Source: Acutalibacteraceae bacterium (GTDB lineage Bacteria > Bacillota > Clostridia > Oscillospirales > Acutalibacteraceae). From it: a DNA stretch of 64,000 bases. Location: NCBI GenBank assembly GCA_045537915.1, contig JAZSQK010000010.1, forward strand, positions 5,717 to 69,716, written 5' to 3'. Below the pieces are notes generated by a model. That model was not told the origin of the DNA and ran no database searches. It worked only from the letters and a program-made list of their open reading frames with translations. Below, one piece after another: positions 47,290 through 55,199 of the stretch (position 1 is its first letter; the number at the start of each line of letters is the position of its first letter). The translations under genes and the position numbers were made by a program.

Positions 47290-47552
47290 ACAGAAAGAGA
47301 GATGAGTGAAAAAAATCTTAGGAAAGGAAAGGACTGATGCCCAGTGATTTGGGGAATCGAACCGAACTTAAAACTTAGAATCTGAATGAAAGAGGTGAGT
47401 CCAAAGTTCTATTAAGTCCATATTCCAAAAAACAGAATATTTCAAACAGGTGAGTCCAATGAAATAGTACCTTTCTTTTAAAATAGTGAAAGGAACAACG
47501 GTCCAATGTACAAATAAATTTTAACGACTGCGTTTATCGCAGTCGTTTTTTT
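47290..47552 (+). ncRNA. Candidate structured RNA: stand-alone sRNA or cis-acting 5' leader of the DUF2752/TM2 genes. Family not recognised.
   Basis: No credible ORF between the strong promoter and the intrinsic terminator AACGACTGCG-TTTAT-CGCAGTCGTT+TTTTTT (47523-47552). A 12-nt exact repeat AGGTGAGTCCAA occurs at 47393 and 47448, with a third GTCCAATG at 47501. Each copy is followed by a hairpin. Confidence 0.5.
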
Positions 47553-47588
47553 GTTGCAAACAGTCTGTAAATATGCTATTATTCAGAT

Positions 47589-47942
47589 ATGAAAAGAAAG
47601 ATTAGTTATCCTATACCAAAGCTTTGCTTTTTGGCAGCATTTATCGCTTTAGCGATTATTTTTTATTTTAATAATATCCCCTGTATAACCAAGACCGTTA
47701 CGGGCATTGATTGTATCGGTTGCGGTCTTACCCGAGCCTTTATCTCGCTTTTAAAGCTTGATATTGCCGCTGCTTTTTCCTACCACCCTGCCTTCTGGAC
47801 GGTGCCTATCCTTTTCGCCGAGCTTTTCTTTGATATAAGGCTTTTCGGCAAACCAAAGGTTGACCTTGCGCTTTTAGGTGTTTCGGTAGCGGCGCTTATC
47901 ATAACATATATTGTAAGGGTAATCCTTCCTTTAATTTTTTAA
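47589..47942 (+). CDS. DUF2752-family membrane protein
   Basis: The CIGCGLTRAF motif is typical of DUF2752. Several TM helices. Confidence 0.65.
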   Translation: MKRKISYPIPKLCFLAAFIALAIIFYFNNIPCITKTVTGIDCIGCGLTRAFISLLKLDIAAAFSYHPAFWTVPILFAELFFDIRLFGKPKVDLALLGVSVAALIITYIVRVILPLIF

Positions 47943-47961
47943 CTTTTTCGGAGGTTTCTTT

Positions 47962-48396
47962 ATGTATTGCAGAAATTGCGGTAAGCAAATGAATGAAAAT
48001 CAGGCTGTTTGCCTTGGTTGCGGAGTATCTAAAGGGGTCGGCTCTTCCCACTGCGCTAATTGCGGAGCCGAGATAAATCCCGCCGCCGCAATATGCCTTT
48101 CCTGTGGTGTTGCGGTTACAAAATCCGCAGGTAAGGATGCAAAATCCAAAATTATAGCTGCGCTTTTTGGGTTTATTCTGGGTGCATTCGGTGCGCACAA
48201 CTTCTACCTCGGATATACAGGCAAGGCAATCGCACAGCTTGTGCTTACAATTATTGGCTTTTTGACCTATTGCTTTTATATCGGTGTTTTCATTATCCTC
48301 GGGGTTAGCATCTGGACACTTGTCGAATCGGTAATGATACTAACCGGAAAAATAGCAACCGATGCAAACGGCAATCTGCTCAAAAACGATTTTTAA
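47962..48396 (+). CDS. Zinc-ribbon plus TM2-domain membrane protein
   Basis: Double zinc ribbon (CRNCG...CLGCG; CANCG...CLSCG), then the TM2 motif FGFILGAFGAHNFYLGYTGKAIAQL. Confidence 0.75.
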   Translation: MYCRNCGKQMNENQAVCLGCGVSKGVGSSHCANCGAEINPAAAICLSCGVAVTKSAGKDAKSKIIAALFGFILGAFGAHNFYLGYTGKAIAQLVLTIIGFLTYCFYIGVFIILGVSIWTLVESVMILTGKIATDANGNLLKNDF

Positions 48397-48412
48397 TCTT
48401 AAACAAATATAT

Positions 48413-48446
48413 AACGCCGATAGGAATTCCTATCGGCGTTTTTCTT
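48413..48446. terminator. Bidirectional terminator
   Basis: AACGCCGATAGG-AATT-CCTATCGGCGTT followed by TTTCTTT. Confidence 0.75.
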
Positions 48447-49432
48447 TAAAGCATTGTTTTACGGAGGGTTTGTCCGTCAAGTGCACTCAAATACGCAGGA
48501 GGTATATCAAATACCGTTTTACAGCCTATAGCGCCCTCATTTTTCATTCGTACAGCAGCTCTTGCATAGGCTACAATCACACTTGCCGTAAATTCGGGGT
48601 TGGAATCAAGCTTCAGACTATATTCAATAATGTGGTTATTGTTGCCAGAAAGTCCCGTCTTGCCGCTTCTTATAACAAAGCCGCCGTGGGCAATTCCCGA
48701 ATGGTCACGGTCAAGCTCCTCTTTAGATATAAAGTGAACAACCGTTTTGTAATCGGCAAAATAGTTGGGCATTGTCTTAATCTCCCTTTCTATCCTTGCC
48801 TTATCTGCTCCGTCTTTTGCGACAACAAAGCATTCTCTTAGATGCTTCTCCCCTGTTTTAAGCTCGGGATTTTTACCGCTTCTGACCGCCTCAAGAGCCT
48901 CTTCTATCGGTATTGTGTACTGCTTTGCATCAAGAACACCCTCTATTCTGCGAATAGCGTCACTATGTCCCTGGCTTACCCCCTTGCCCCAAAAGGTATA
49001 ATCCTTTCCGTCGGGGAGAATTGCCGATGCATAAAGTCTGTTTACCGAAAACATTCCGGGATCCCATCCGCAAGAAATAACGGCAATATTACCGCCCTTT
49101 CTTGCCGCAAAATCTACATTATCAAAATGCTCGGGTATTTTTGCGTGGGTGTCAAAGCTGTCTACAACATTAAAATGCTCTGCATAAAGAGGAGTCTGAA
49201 CAGGAAGGTCGGTTGCACTTCCGCCGCAAAGGATAAGCACATCAATCTCGTCCTTATGCTTTAATGCATCCTCTGCAGAATAAACCGGCACACCATCGGT
49301 CAGAAGCTTAACTGTTTTTGGATCTCTTCTTGAAAATACGGCAACCAGTTCTAGATCCTCATTCTGCCGCACCGCCGCCTCTATGCCACGGCCGAGATTT
49401 CCGTATCCCATAATTCCAATTCTTACAGTCAT
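48446..49432 (-). CDS. ddh: meso-diaminopimelate D-dehydrogenase
   Basis: RIGIMGYGNLGRGIEAAV N-terminus, 328 aa, matching the Ddh family as remembered from Corynebacterium. Confidence 0.8.
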   Translation of the reverse strand: MTVRIGIMGYGNLGRGIEAAVRQNEDLELVAVFSRRDPKTVKLLTDGVPVYSAEDALKHKDEIDVLILCGGSATDLPVQTPLYAEHFNVVDSFDTHAKIPEHFDNVDFAARKGGNIAVISCGWDPGMFSVNRLYASAILPDGKDYTFWGKGVSQGHSDAIRRIEGVLDAKQYTIPIEEALEAVRSGKNPELKTGEKHLRECFVVAKDGADKARIEREIKTMPNYFADYKTVVHFISKEELDRDHSGIAHGGFVIRSGKTGLSGNNNHIIEYSLKLDSNPEFTASVIVAYARAAVRMKNEGAIGCKTVFDIPPAYLSALDGQTLRKTML

Positions 49433-49562
49433 TAAACATCATCCTTTAAATCAACGTTCACTTTCATATTATAATACACATTTTTTAATATTTCCACTTT
49501 TTTATTATAAAAAGCAAAAAAGCTACCGATCGTAAACTCGATAGCTCTTTTCAATACTATTA

Positions 49563-50681
49563 TTAACCGACATTCCCGAGAAAATGTATATTCAACACCG
49601 TCTCGTCTCCGCCTTTATTATCCTGAATTGTAATGATATCTTTGCCGACACTTATCTTCCTGTCATTACAACCATAATCAATGTGTGCATCAAGCATTTT
49701 ATATCCCGAGCCGTCCTTTTGATAAATATAGTAATTAGGCTGACGATAAACCAGCAAACACTCACCTGCCATATCCATTGACTGTCCTCCCACCGGCACC
49801 GGATATTCTTCAAGTGTCCTTGTATCGTAAAAATAGTTGGCGGGAATCTTTGTTGCGTCAAAGAAGTCTTTTGTTCCAAGGAACATTATTATTCCATTAT
49901 TGTAAAATGTGTTGTGGCTGTAGGTATGTGAGGTTTGGTAGCTTGAAATCTTTTTTGTCTCGGTATCATAAAGGAACAAAACGCCCTTCCCGTCTATGGT
50001 TTCATTCCAAACAACCTTGCCCTGTGAGCTCCTTACCGCAAGATTATATAAATGTATGTTCTCCAGTCGGGCTATAACAGATTTGCTTTTACTTTCACAG
50101 TCATATGAATATAATGTTCCGTAAATTAAATCATTTTCGATACCCTCTTCGACAATGTAGTATACAACCCCATCCATTAAAGACGGAATTATAACCGAAG
50201 CCGCTTGCGGCGTAAAATGCTCAAGCAAAACAGCCTCTTCTGTCTTTAAGTTCATTACATAAACATCACATGCCGCACCCCACGCCTGTACATCGGTCCA
50301 TACAAGCCAATTTCCATCACAGCTTATCTGCTGAATATTTGCCTCGTCATAGCTACTGGTAAATAAAAGCTCGGTCTGCTTTGTATCTAAATCGTAAGAA
50401 ACAAGTTGTATGGCGTCTTTATATCCGGTTGGGTTATCCTTTACAGATACCGCCATATACAAGGTCCTCCCGCATAGCTCGGGCGAAAGTACTTTCTGAT
50501 ATGGAAGGCGCACTTCTAGGAATTTTTCATCTCTTTGAACCTCAGGAAACTGATATTCTACATTCGATATGTTCCCAGATGAAATATCATCAATATTATC
50601 ACTTGTAGAATTGCTGTTGTTTGCCGAACAGGCAGACAGTAGAAAGACAAACGATATAATACAAACCATAATTTTTTTCAT
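49563..50681 (-). CDS. Lipoprotein, probably beta-propeller-like, unknown function
   Basis: MKKIMVCIISFVFLLSACSANNS lipobox. Repetitive Tyr/Asp-rich beta-strand-like segments. Confidence 0.6.
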   Translation of the reverse strand: MKKIMVCIISFVFLLSACSANNSNSTSDNIDDISSGNISNVEYQFPEVQRDEKFLEVRLPYQKVLSPELCGRTLYMAVSVKDNPTGYKDAIQLVSYDLDTKQTELLFTSSYDEANIQQISCDGNWLVWTDVQAWGAACDVYVMNLKTEEAVLLEHFTPQAASVIIPSLMDGVVYYIVEEGIENDLIYGTLYSYDCESKSKSVIARLENIHLYNLAVRSSQGKVVWNETIDGKGVLFLYDTETKKISSYQTSHTYSHNTFYNNGIIMFLGTKDFFDATKIPANYFYDTRTLEEYPVPVGGQSMDMAGECLLVYRQPNYYIYQKDGSGYKMLDAHIDYGCNDRKISVGKDIITIQDNKGGDETVLNIHFLGNVG

Positions 50682-50803
50682 TATTCTGCGCCTCCTCTTA
50701 TGCGACTACAATATTACGCTATTTTTTTCTTCCTTTTTAAATTCTCATCAGCCCTTTCCTTTATCCATATTATAGCATTTTTATAAGCGAATAGCAATGC
50801 ATA

Positions 50804-50843
50804 AAGAACCCCCCGAAACCAAAAATGGTTTCGGGGGGTTCTT
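50804..50843. repeat. Palindromic hairpin, copy 1 of a 26-nt exact repeat
   Basis: CCCCGAAACCAAAAATGGTTTCGGGG at 50811-50836, identical to 53089-53114. Confidence 0.9.
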
Positions 50844-50850
50844 TTTAATA

Positions 50851-51034
50851 AATGAAGTATTTTGCCGAGGCAAAATATGAAGTAACTCTAAAGAGTTATG
50901 ATGTATTCCGCTCTTTGCTGAATATGAAGTGAAGTAAATCCCTCATACGCCCGTGGGCGTACTTCATATTGCGATAGCAATACTTCATATTCCGTATGGG
51001 ATACTTCATAAATCCCGTAAGGGATTTACTTCAT
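50851..51034. repeat. Array of 9-mer TATGAAGTA / TACTTCATA motifs interleaved with mini-hairpins
   Basis: Forward copies ((A/T)ATGAAGT[A]) start at 50851, 50876 and 50923. Reverse copies (TACTTCAT[A]) start at 50960, 50981, 51002 and 51027, spaced 21, 21 and 25 nt. GAAGTAAATCCC (50931-50942) is complementary to GGGATTTACTTC (51021-51032). Confidence 0.85.
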
Positions 51035-51113
51035 TCGCAGCTTTGCCGCAATACAGAGAACCGTCCCCTGTCTTTCCTGTCTTTGGGGAGGGCACAGAAA
51101 TCCTCCCCTACAT

Positions 51114-51938
51114 TTATAAATTCAAAAGTTCCTGTTTCTTTTGTTCAAACTCTTCAACAGTGATTATATTATTATCCAAAAGCTCCTTATATTTTTGAAT
51201 TTGGGTAAATTTATCATTAGTTTCTTCTGCTATGTTATTGCCAATAGAGTTTATATATTCATATTCTTTTTCAGGAAACCATTTTTCAAACAATGCATAG
51301 GCTGAGTAATCAATGGTTTTTTTAAGAGTTTTTTGGTTTTCTCTATAAAACAGTTCCAAATATCTTTCATCGTGATGCGTTGTGGACGTGAATGTTTTGA
51401 CCTCTCTTTTATGATTGCTTCCGATGATTGCTCCAGCGCCTCCTGCTAATATTCCGCCAACAACAGCACCTTTTAAATTAATGCCTCCACCGCTACTATA
51501 TGAATCGGTTGAATCCCACTCGCTACCTTTAACAATATAATAATCGATGTCGTTTCTATGGATTTTTATCAATTGAAAATCCATTGAATCGGAATATTTT
51601 CTTAAATCCGAAATATTTTTACAGAGTTCAAAAGAATTTTCACTAAATGTTTCTTCAGATGGAAAAAAATATAAAATATCATTTTCAAACCAACAATAAA
51701 ATTGATTGTTCTCCATATAAATCAAATCACAGTTCAAAGGAATGGAGATGTTTTTTCTAACACTTTCGTATCGTTCAGATAAATCGAGCCGTGTTTCGTT
51801 TATGGCGTTTTTTCTGATTCTGTTTTGTTCATTTTCAAGTCTTCGCTGCTCATCGGCCTTTTTTTGTTCTGAGATTTGATCAACTGCAGCGACTATACCT
51901 ATTATACAAACGATAATAAGAACTATATACCAACCCAT
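51114..51938 (-). CDS. Membrane protein with glycine-zipper segment and C-terminal SHOCT domain; unknown function
   Basis: N-terminal TM helix, charged coiled segment, GAVVGGILAGGAGAIIG glycine zipper. The C-terminal KYKELLDNNIITVEEFEQKKQELL is SHOCT-like. Confidence 0.6.
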   Translation of the reverse strand: MGWYIVLIIVCIIGIVAAVDQISEQKKADEQRRLENEQNRIRKNAINETRLDLSERYESVRKNISIPLNCDLIYMENNQFYCWFENDILYFFPSEETFSENSFELCKNISDLRKYSDSMDFQLIKIHRNDIDYYIVKGSEWDSTDSYSSGGGINLKGAVVGGILAGGAGAIIGSNHKREVKTFTSTTHHDERYLELFYRENQKTLKKTIDYSAYALFEKWFPEKEYEYINSIGNNIAEETNDKFTQIQKYKELLDNNIITVEEFEQKKQELLNL

Positions 51939-51961
51939 TTTTAATGGCCTCCTATGTTTTG

Positions 51962-52582
51962 TTAAGTAAGCTGAGGAAAGTTATAAAATCCTAAATCATA
52001 AAGGCAAATATCAACACTTGCTATTAGAAATGTATCTACTTGACTCATAAGATGATCGGCTTGAGTTATGAACATTTCTCTGCATGTTGATTTGTGAGAT
52101 TCATAATTTATATCTTCGTATTCAATGGAAAATTTGATATCATCTTTTAAAATGCTTTTGTCTATAGTCGCCTTAGCAAGATAGCCAACGATATCAATTT
52201 GCATAGCATAACTGATTTTTAAAGACGATGCGCCATCGACAAAATCCAAAAATATTAACGTTTCTGCTTTATTTAAACTAGTAGAATAATCGCCTAACAA
52301 ACTAAATCGAATTTGCCCGTTAGGCTGCAATTGAATGGTTAAACTCTCTGCGATGACGCTAGATAGTACATATGTATATTCATAGCTTCCGTTGGTAGAT
52401 GTGTATTTGCCGTTGGTTTTTACGAACTCACAAAGTTGTTCATATGGAGAAGCTTTCGATGGCTCCGAAACCGTTGAGCTTGTAGAACTTGACGTAACTG
52501 ATGGTTCCGAACTATTATCAGCGCACCCTATAAGGCATACCAACAATGCAAGAACCAATAATAAACAGGAAACTTTTTTCAT
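51962..52582 (-). CDS. Lipoprotein, unknown function
   Basis: MKKVSCLLLVLALLVCLIGCADNSS lipobox. Confidence 0.6.
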   Translation of the reverse strand: MKKVSCLLLVLALLVCLIGCADNSSEPSVTSSSTSSTVSEPSKASPYEQLCEFVKTNGKYTSTNGSYEYTYVLSSVIAESLTIQLQPNGQIRFSLLGDYSTSLNKAETLIFLDFVDGASSLKISYAMQIDIVGYLAKATIDKSILKDDIKFSIEYEDINYESHKSTCREMFITQADHLMSQVDTFLIASVDICLYDLGFYNFPQLT

Positions 52583-52693
52583 ATGAATAATCCTTTCTAT
52601 TTGTATTAAAATGTTATTAGTTAAATAATTATACTCAATATTTTGAGTATTGTCAAGATGTTAAGTATGATAATATTAAAATGGTGTTGGAAT

Positions 52694-52894
52694 ATGATTA
52701 GTTATAAACCATTTTATAGTACATTATTTAAAAAGGGTGTTACGGAATATCACTTGATTTTCAAACAGGGCTTTTCCGCAAACACACTGCATAGAATAAA
52801 AAAAGGTGAAGCAATAAGCACGAAAACACTTGATGCTCTTTGCTACACCCTAGATTGTTCTGTAAGCGATATAATTGAATTTGTAAAAGAATAG
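52694..52894 (+). CDS. Small XRE/Cro-C1-type HTH protein (66 aa)
   Basis: MISYKPFYSTLFKKGVTEYHLIFKQGFSANTLHRIKKGEAISTKTLDALCYTLDCSVSDIIEF is an HTH_26-like pattern. Start trimmed from 52643. Confidence 0.65.
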   Translation: MISYKPFYSTLFKKGVTEYHLIFKQGFSANTLHRIKKGEAISTKTLDALCYTLDCSVSDIIEFVKE

Positions 52895-53084
52895 CACTCA
52901 ATTTATTTTTTGTAAAAAGAGTGCTATTCTTTATTTATAATTGTTAATTAAAGATAAATCGTTTGACTCGATAAAAATCACAATTTAGAATCGAATACCT
53001 TATTCAAAAAGAGTGTTAGGAAGTCAAAGTTACCGACAAATAATTCATTTTTTTGCTATTTGATGGATAGGCGCATAGAAGCAA

Positions 53085-53118
53085 GAAAACCCCGAAACCA
53101 AAAATGGTTTCGGGGTTT
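53085..53118. repeat. Palindromic hairpin, copy 2 of the 26-nt exact repeat
   Basis: CCCCGAAACCAAAAATGGTTTCGGGG at 53089-53114. Confidence 0.9.
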
Positions 53119-53243
53119 TTGTAATCTTCGAAATAATACAGATTATCTCTTGGAGAACTGTCGGAGCGTTAAGAAAATAGTCCGGTGGACTATTTTTAGT
53201 TCCGACCGCAACGGCTATGCCGTGAGGACACCACAGTTGAACA

Positions 53244-53278
53244 TAAAAAAACAAGCCTCGCATATCTGCAAGGCTTGT
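53244..53278 (-). terminator. rplM-rpsI operon terminator
   Basis: ACAAGCCT...AGGCTTGT stem followed by TTTTTTT on the minus strand. Confidence 0.8.
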
Positions 53279-53297
53279 AAATAAATTTTGGAAACGA

Positions 53298-53696
53298 CTA
53301 ACGCTTCGAGAACTGAGGTGCACGACGTGCAGCCTTGAGTCCGTACTTCTTTCTTTCCTTCATTCTCGGGTCACGAGTGAGGAGTCCTGCCTTCTTGAGA
53401 GTAGAACGAAGTTCCTCGTCGTACTGGAGAAGTGCACGGGAGATACCGTGACGGATAGCACCAGCCTGACCTGTAACGCCGCCGCCTGCAACACGACAGA
53501 TAATGTCGAACTTGCCGAGGGTGTCGGTAAGGTTGAGGGGCTGACGAACGATGAGCTTTAAGGTTTCAAGTCCGAAATAATCGTCGATCTCACGGTCGTT
53601 GATTATAATCTTTCCTGTACCGTTGTAAACACGAACACGGGCAACAGAGCTCTTTCTTCTGCCGGTTCCGTAAAAATAAGGCTTTCCTTCAATCAT
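53298..53696 (-). CDS. rpsI: 30S ribosomal protein S9
   Basis: [17 protein letters not shown]...[19 protein letters not shown]...[24 protein letters not shown]. Confidence 0.95.
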   Translation of the reverse strand: MIEGKPYFYGTGRRKSSVARVRVYNGTGKIIINDREIDDYFGLETLKLIVRQPLNLTDTLGKFDIICRVAGGGVTGQAGAIRHGISRALLQYDEELRSTLKKAGLLTRDPRMKERKKYGLKAARRAPQFSKR

Positions 53697-53713
53697 TACT
53701 CTGTGCTCCTTTC

Positions 53714-54139
53714 TTATTCGATTACTTCGGGCTTCTGAGCGGCATGAAGATGCTCAGCACCCTTGTAGATGCGAAGTCTGGTTAAAGCCTTGCGGCCGAT
53801 TGTGGTATCGGGAACCATTCCCTTAACAGCAAGCTGCATTGCAAACTCAGGCTTGTTAGCCATAAGAGTTGCATACTTAACTTCCTTGAGGCTTCCGATA
53901 TAGCCGGTGTGATGACGGTAGAACTTTTTGTCAAGCTTCTTACCGGTAAGAACGGCTTTTTCTGCATTGATAACGATTACATGGTCTCCGCAATCAACAT
54001 GGGGAGTAAACTCGGGCTTACCCTTACCACGAAGAAGGTCGGCAACTCTGACAGCTGTGCGTCCGAGGGGCTTTCCTGCAGCATCGATCACGTACCACTT
54101 ACGCTGAACTTCAGCGGGTTTTGCCATAAAAGTGGACAT
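53714..54139 (-). CDS. rplM: 50S ribosomal protein L13
   Basis: [27 protein letters not shown]...YYRHTGY-like motif ([13 protein letters not shown]). GGAGGAA SD. Confidence 0.95.
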   Translation of the reverse strand: MSTFMAKPAEVQRKWYVIDAAGKPLGRTAVRVADLLRGKGKPEFTPHVDCGDHVIVINAEKAVLTGKKLDKKFYRHHTGYIGSLKEVKYATLMANKPEFAMQLAVKGMVPDTTIGRKALTRLRIYKGAEHLHAAQKPEVIE

Positions 54140-54353
54140 AGGTCTTTCCTCCAATAAATTTCTTTTTAAAGTGCTTGACTATTATAACAACCACAATTTC
54201 TTTTGTCAACATTTATTTAATATTTTTTTAAAATAACAAATTAGTTCTCTGTTTTCCTTTGATTTTCTCCAAATTTCTCGTTTTATCTAATTTATGATTT
54301 TTAAAAAATTTTGCAAAAAATATAGGTGGAATATAAATTCCACCCTTTAAAAG

Positions 54354-55187
54354 TTATTTTGCAATCAGTCCGAAATAAATCAGCACAAGCAGACCGAGTG
54401 CGATACGATACCAACCGAAGAAGGTAAAATCCTTTTTCTTGATATAACCCATAAGAAATTTAATAACAATTATCGACACGATAAATGCGGTTATCATTCC
54501 GACAGCGAGAATCACTGTTTCAAGGCCGCCTATATTAAATCCAACCTCGGCTATGTACTTAACTATTTTTAGCAGACTTGCGCCGAACATTACAGGTACT
54601 GCAAGATAGAAGCTGAACTCAGCAGAAACGGTTCTCGAAACGCCGAGCAGCATAGCGCCGAGAATGGTAGCGCCCGAACGGGAGGTTCCGGGAATCAGCG
54701 ACAGCACCTGAAAAGAACCGATGAGCAGAGCCGTTTTATAGGAAAGACCCTTAATGCAGGTGGTTTTGGGCTCACGGTTTTTATTTATTGCTTCTACAAC
54801 AAGGAACAAAACGCCATATATTATAAGTGTTGCCGCAACCGTCTTATAGTTGAAAAATTTTTCGTTAATCCAGTCGTCAAGCAGAATACCTATAACCGCC
54901 GCAGGCAAACAGGCAACAATTACCTTTGACCAGAGGGATATACTTTTTTTCTTTATATATCCGTTTTCCTTGGTTGTAAAGGGCCAGAGCTTGTTCCAGA
55001 AAATTACAACTACAGCCAGTATGGCTCCGAGCTGTATAACAACCTCGAACATTTCTTTAAACTCATCGCTTGTGCCGAGCTTTAAAAACTCATCAGCCAA
55101 AATAAGATGACCCGTACTGCTTATCGGCAGCCATTCGGTTATACCCTCAATTATGCCGAGGATTACAGATTTTATAATATCAAACAT
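54354..55187 (-). CDS. uppP: Undecaprenyl-diphosphate phosphatase
   Basis: EWLPISSTGHLIL and PGTSRSGATI motifs. Confidence 0.9.
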   Translation of the reverse strand: MFDIIKSVILGIIEGITEWLPISSTGHLILADEFLKLGTSDEFKEMFEVVIQLGAILAVVVIFWNKLWPFTTKENGYIKKKSISLWSKVIVACLPAAVIGILLDDWINEKFFNYKTVAATLIIYGVLFLVVEAINKNREPKTTCIKGLSYKTALLIGSFQVLSLIPGTSRSGATILGAMLLGVSRTVSAEFSFYLAVPVMFGASLLKIVKYIAEVGFNIGGLETVILAVGMITAFIVSIIVIKFLMGYIKKKDFTFFGWYRIALGLLVLIYFGLIAK

Positions 55188-55199
55188 AATATCACCCTT

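Noticed and set aside
47301-47336. 11-codon ORF (MSEKNLRKGKD) at the 5' end of the candidate RNA
   Set aside because: The purine-rich stretch GAAAGAGAG abuts the ATG with no spacer, and the ORF is very short. I did not call it as a gene, although a leader-peptide role cannot be excluded.
50851-51034. TACTTCATA repeat array considered as a CRISPR array
   Set aside because: The repeats are only 9 nt and the 'spacers' only 10-16 nt, and the spacers are themselves palindromic. Copies occur in both orientations. There are no cas genes in the window.
50811-53114. Islet considered as a prophage, ICE or IS
   Set aside because: No integrase, recombinase, transposase, replication or structural genes are present, only three small genes. 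It is kept as an 'islet of unknown mobility' instead.
53045-53323. Two mutually overlapping ORFs (53045..53323 on minus, 53060..53284 on plus)
   Set aside because: They cover the 26-nt hairpin repeat, another hairpin and the rpsI terminator, and one overlaps the rpsI 3' end. There are no SDs, so the region is better explained as non-coding.
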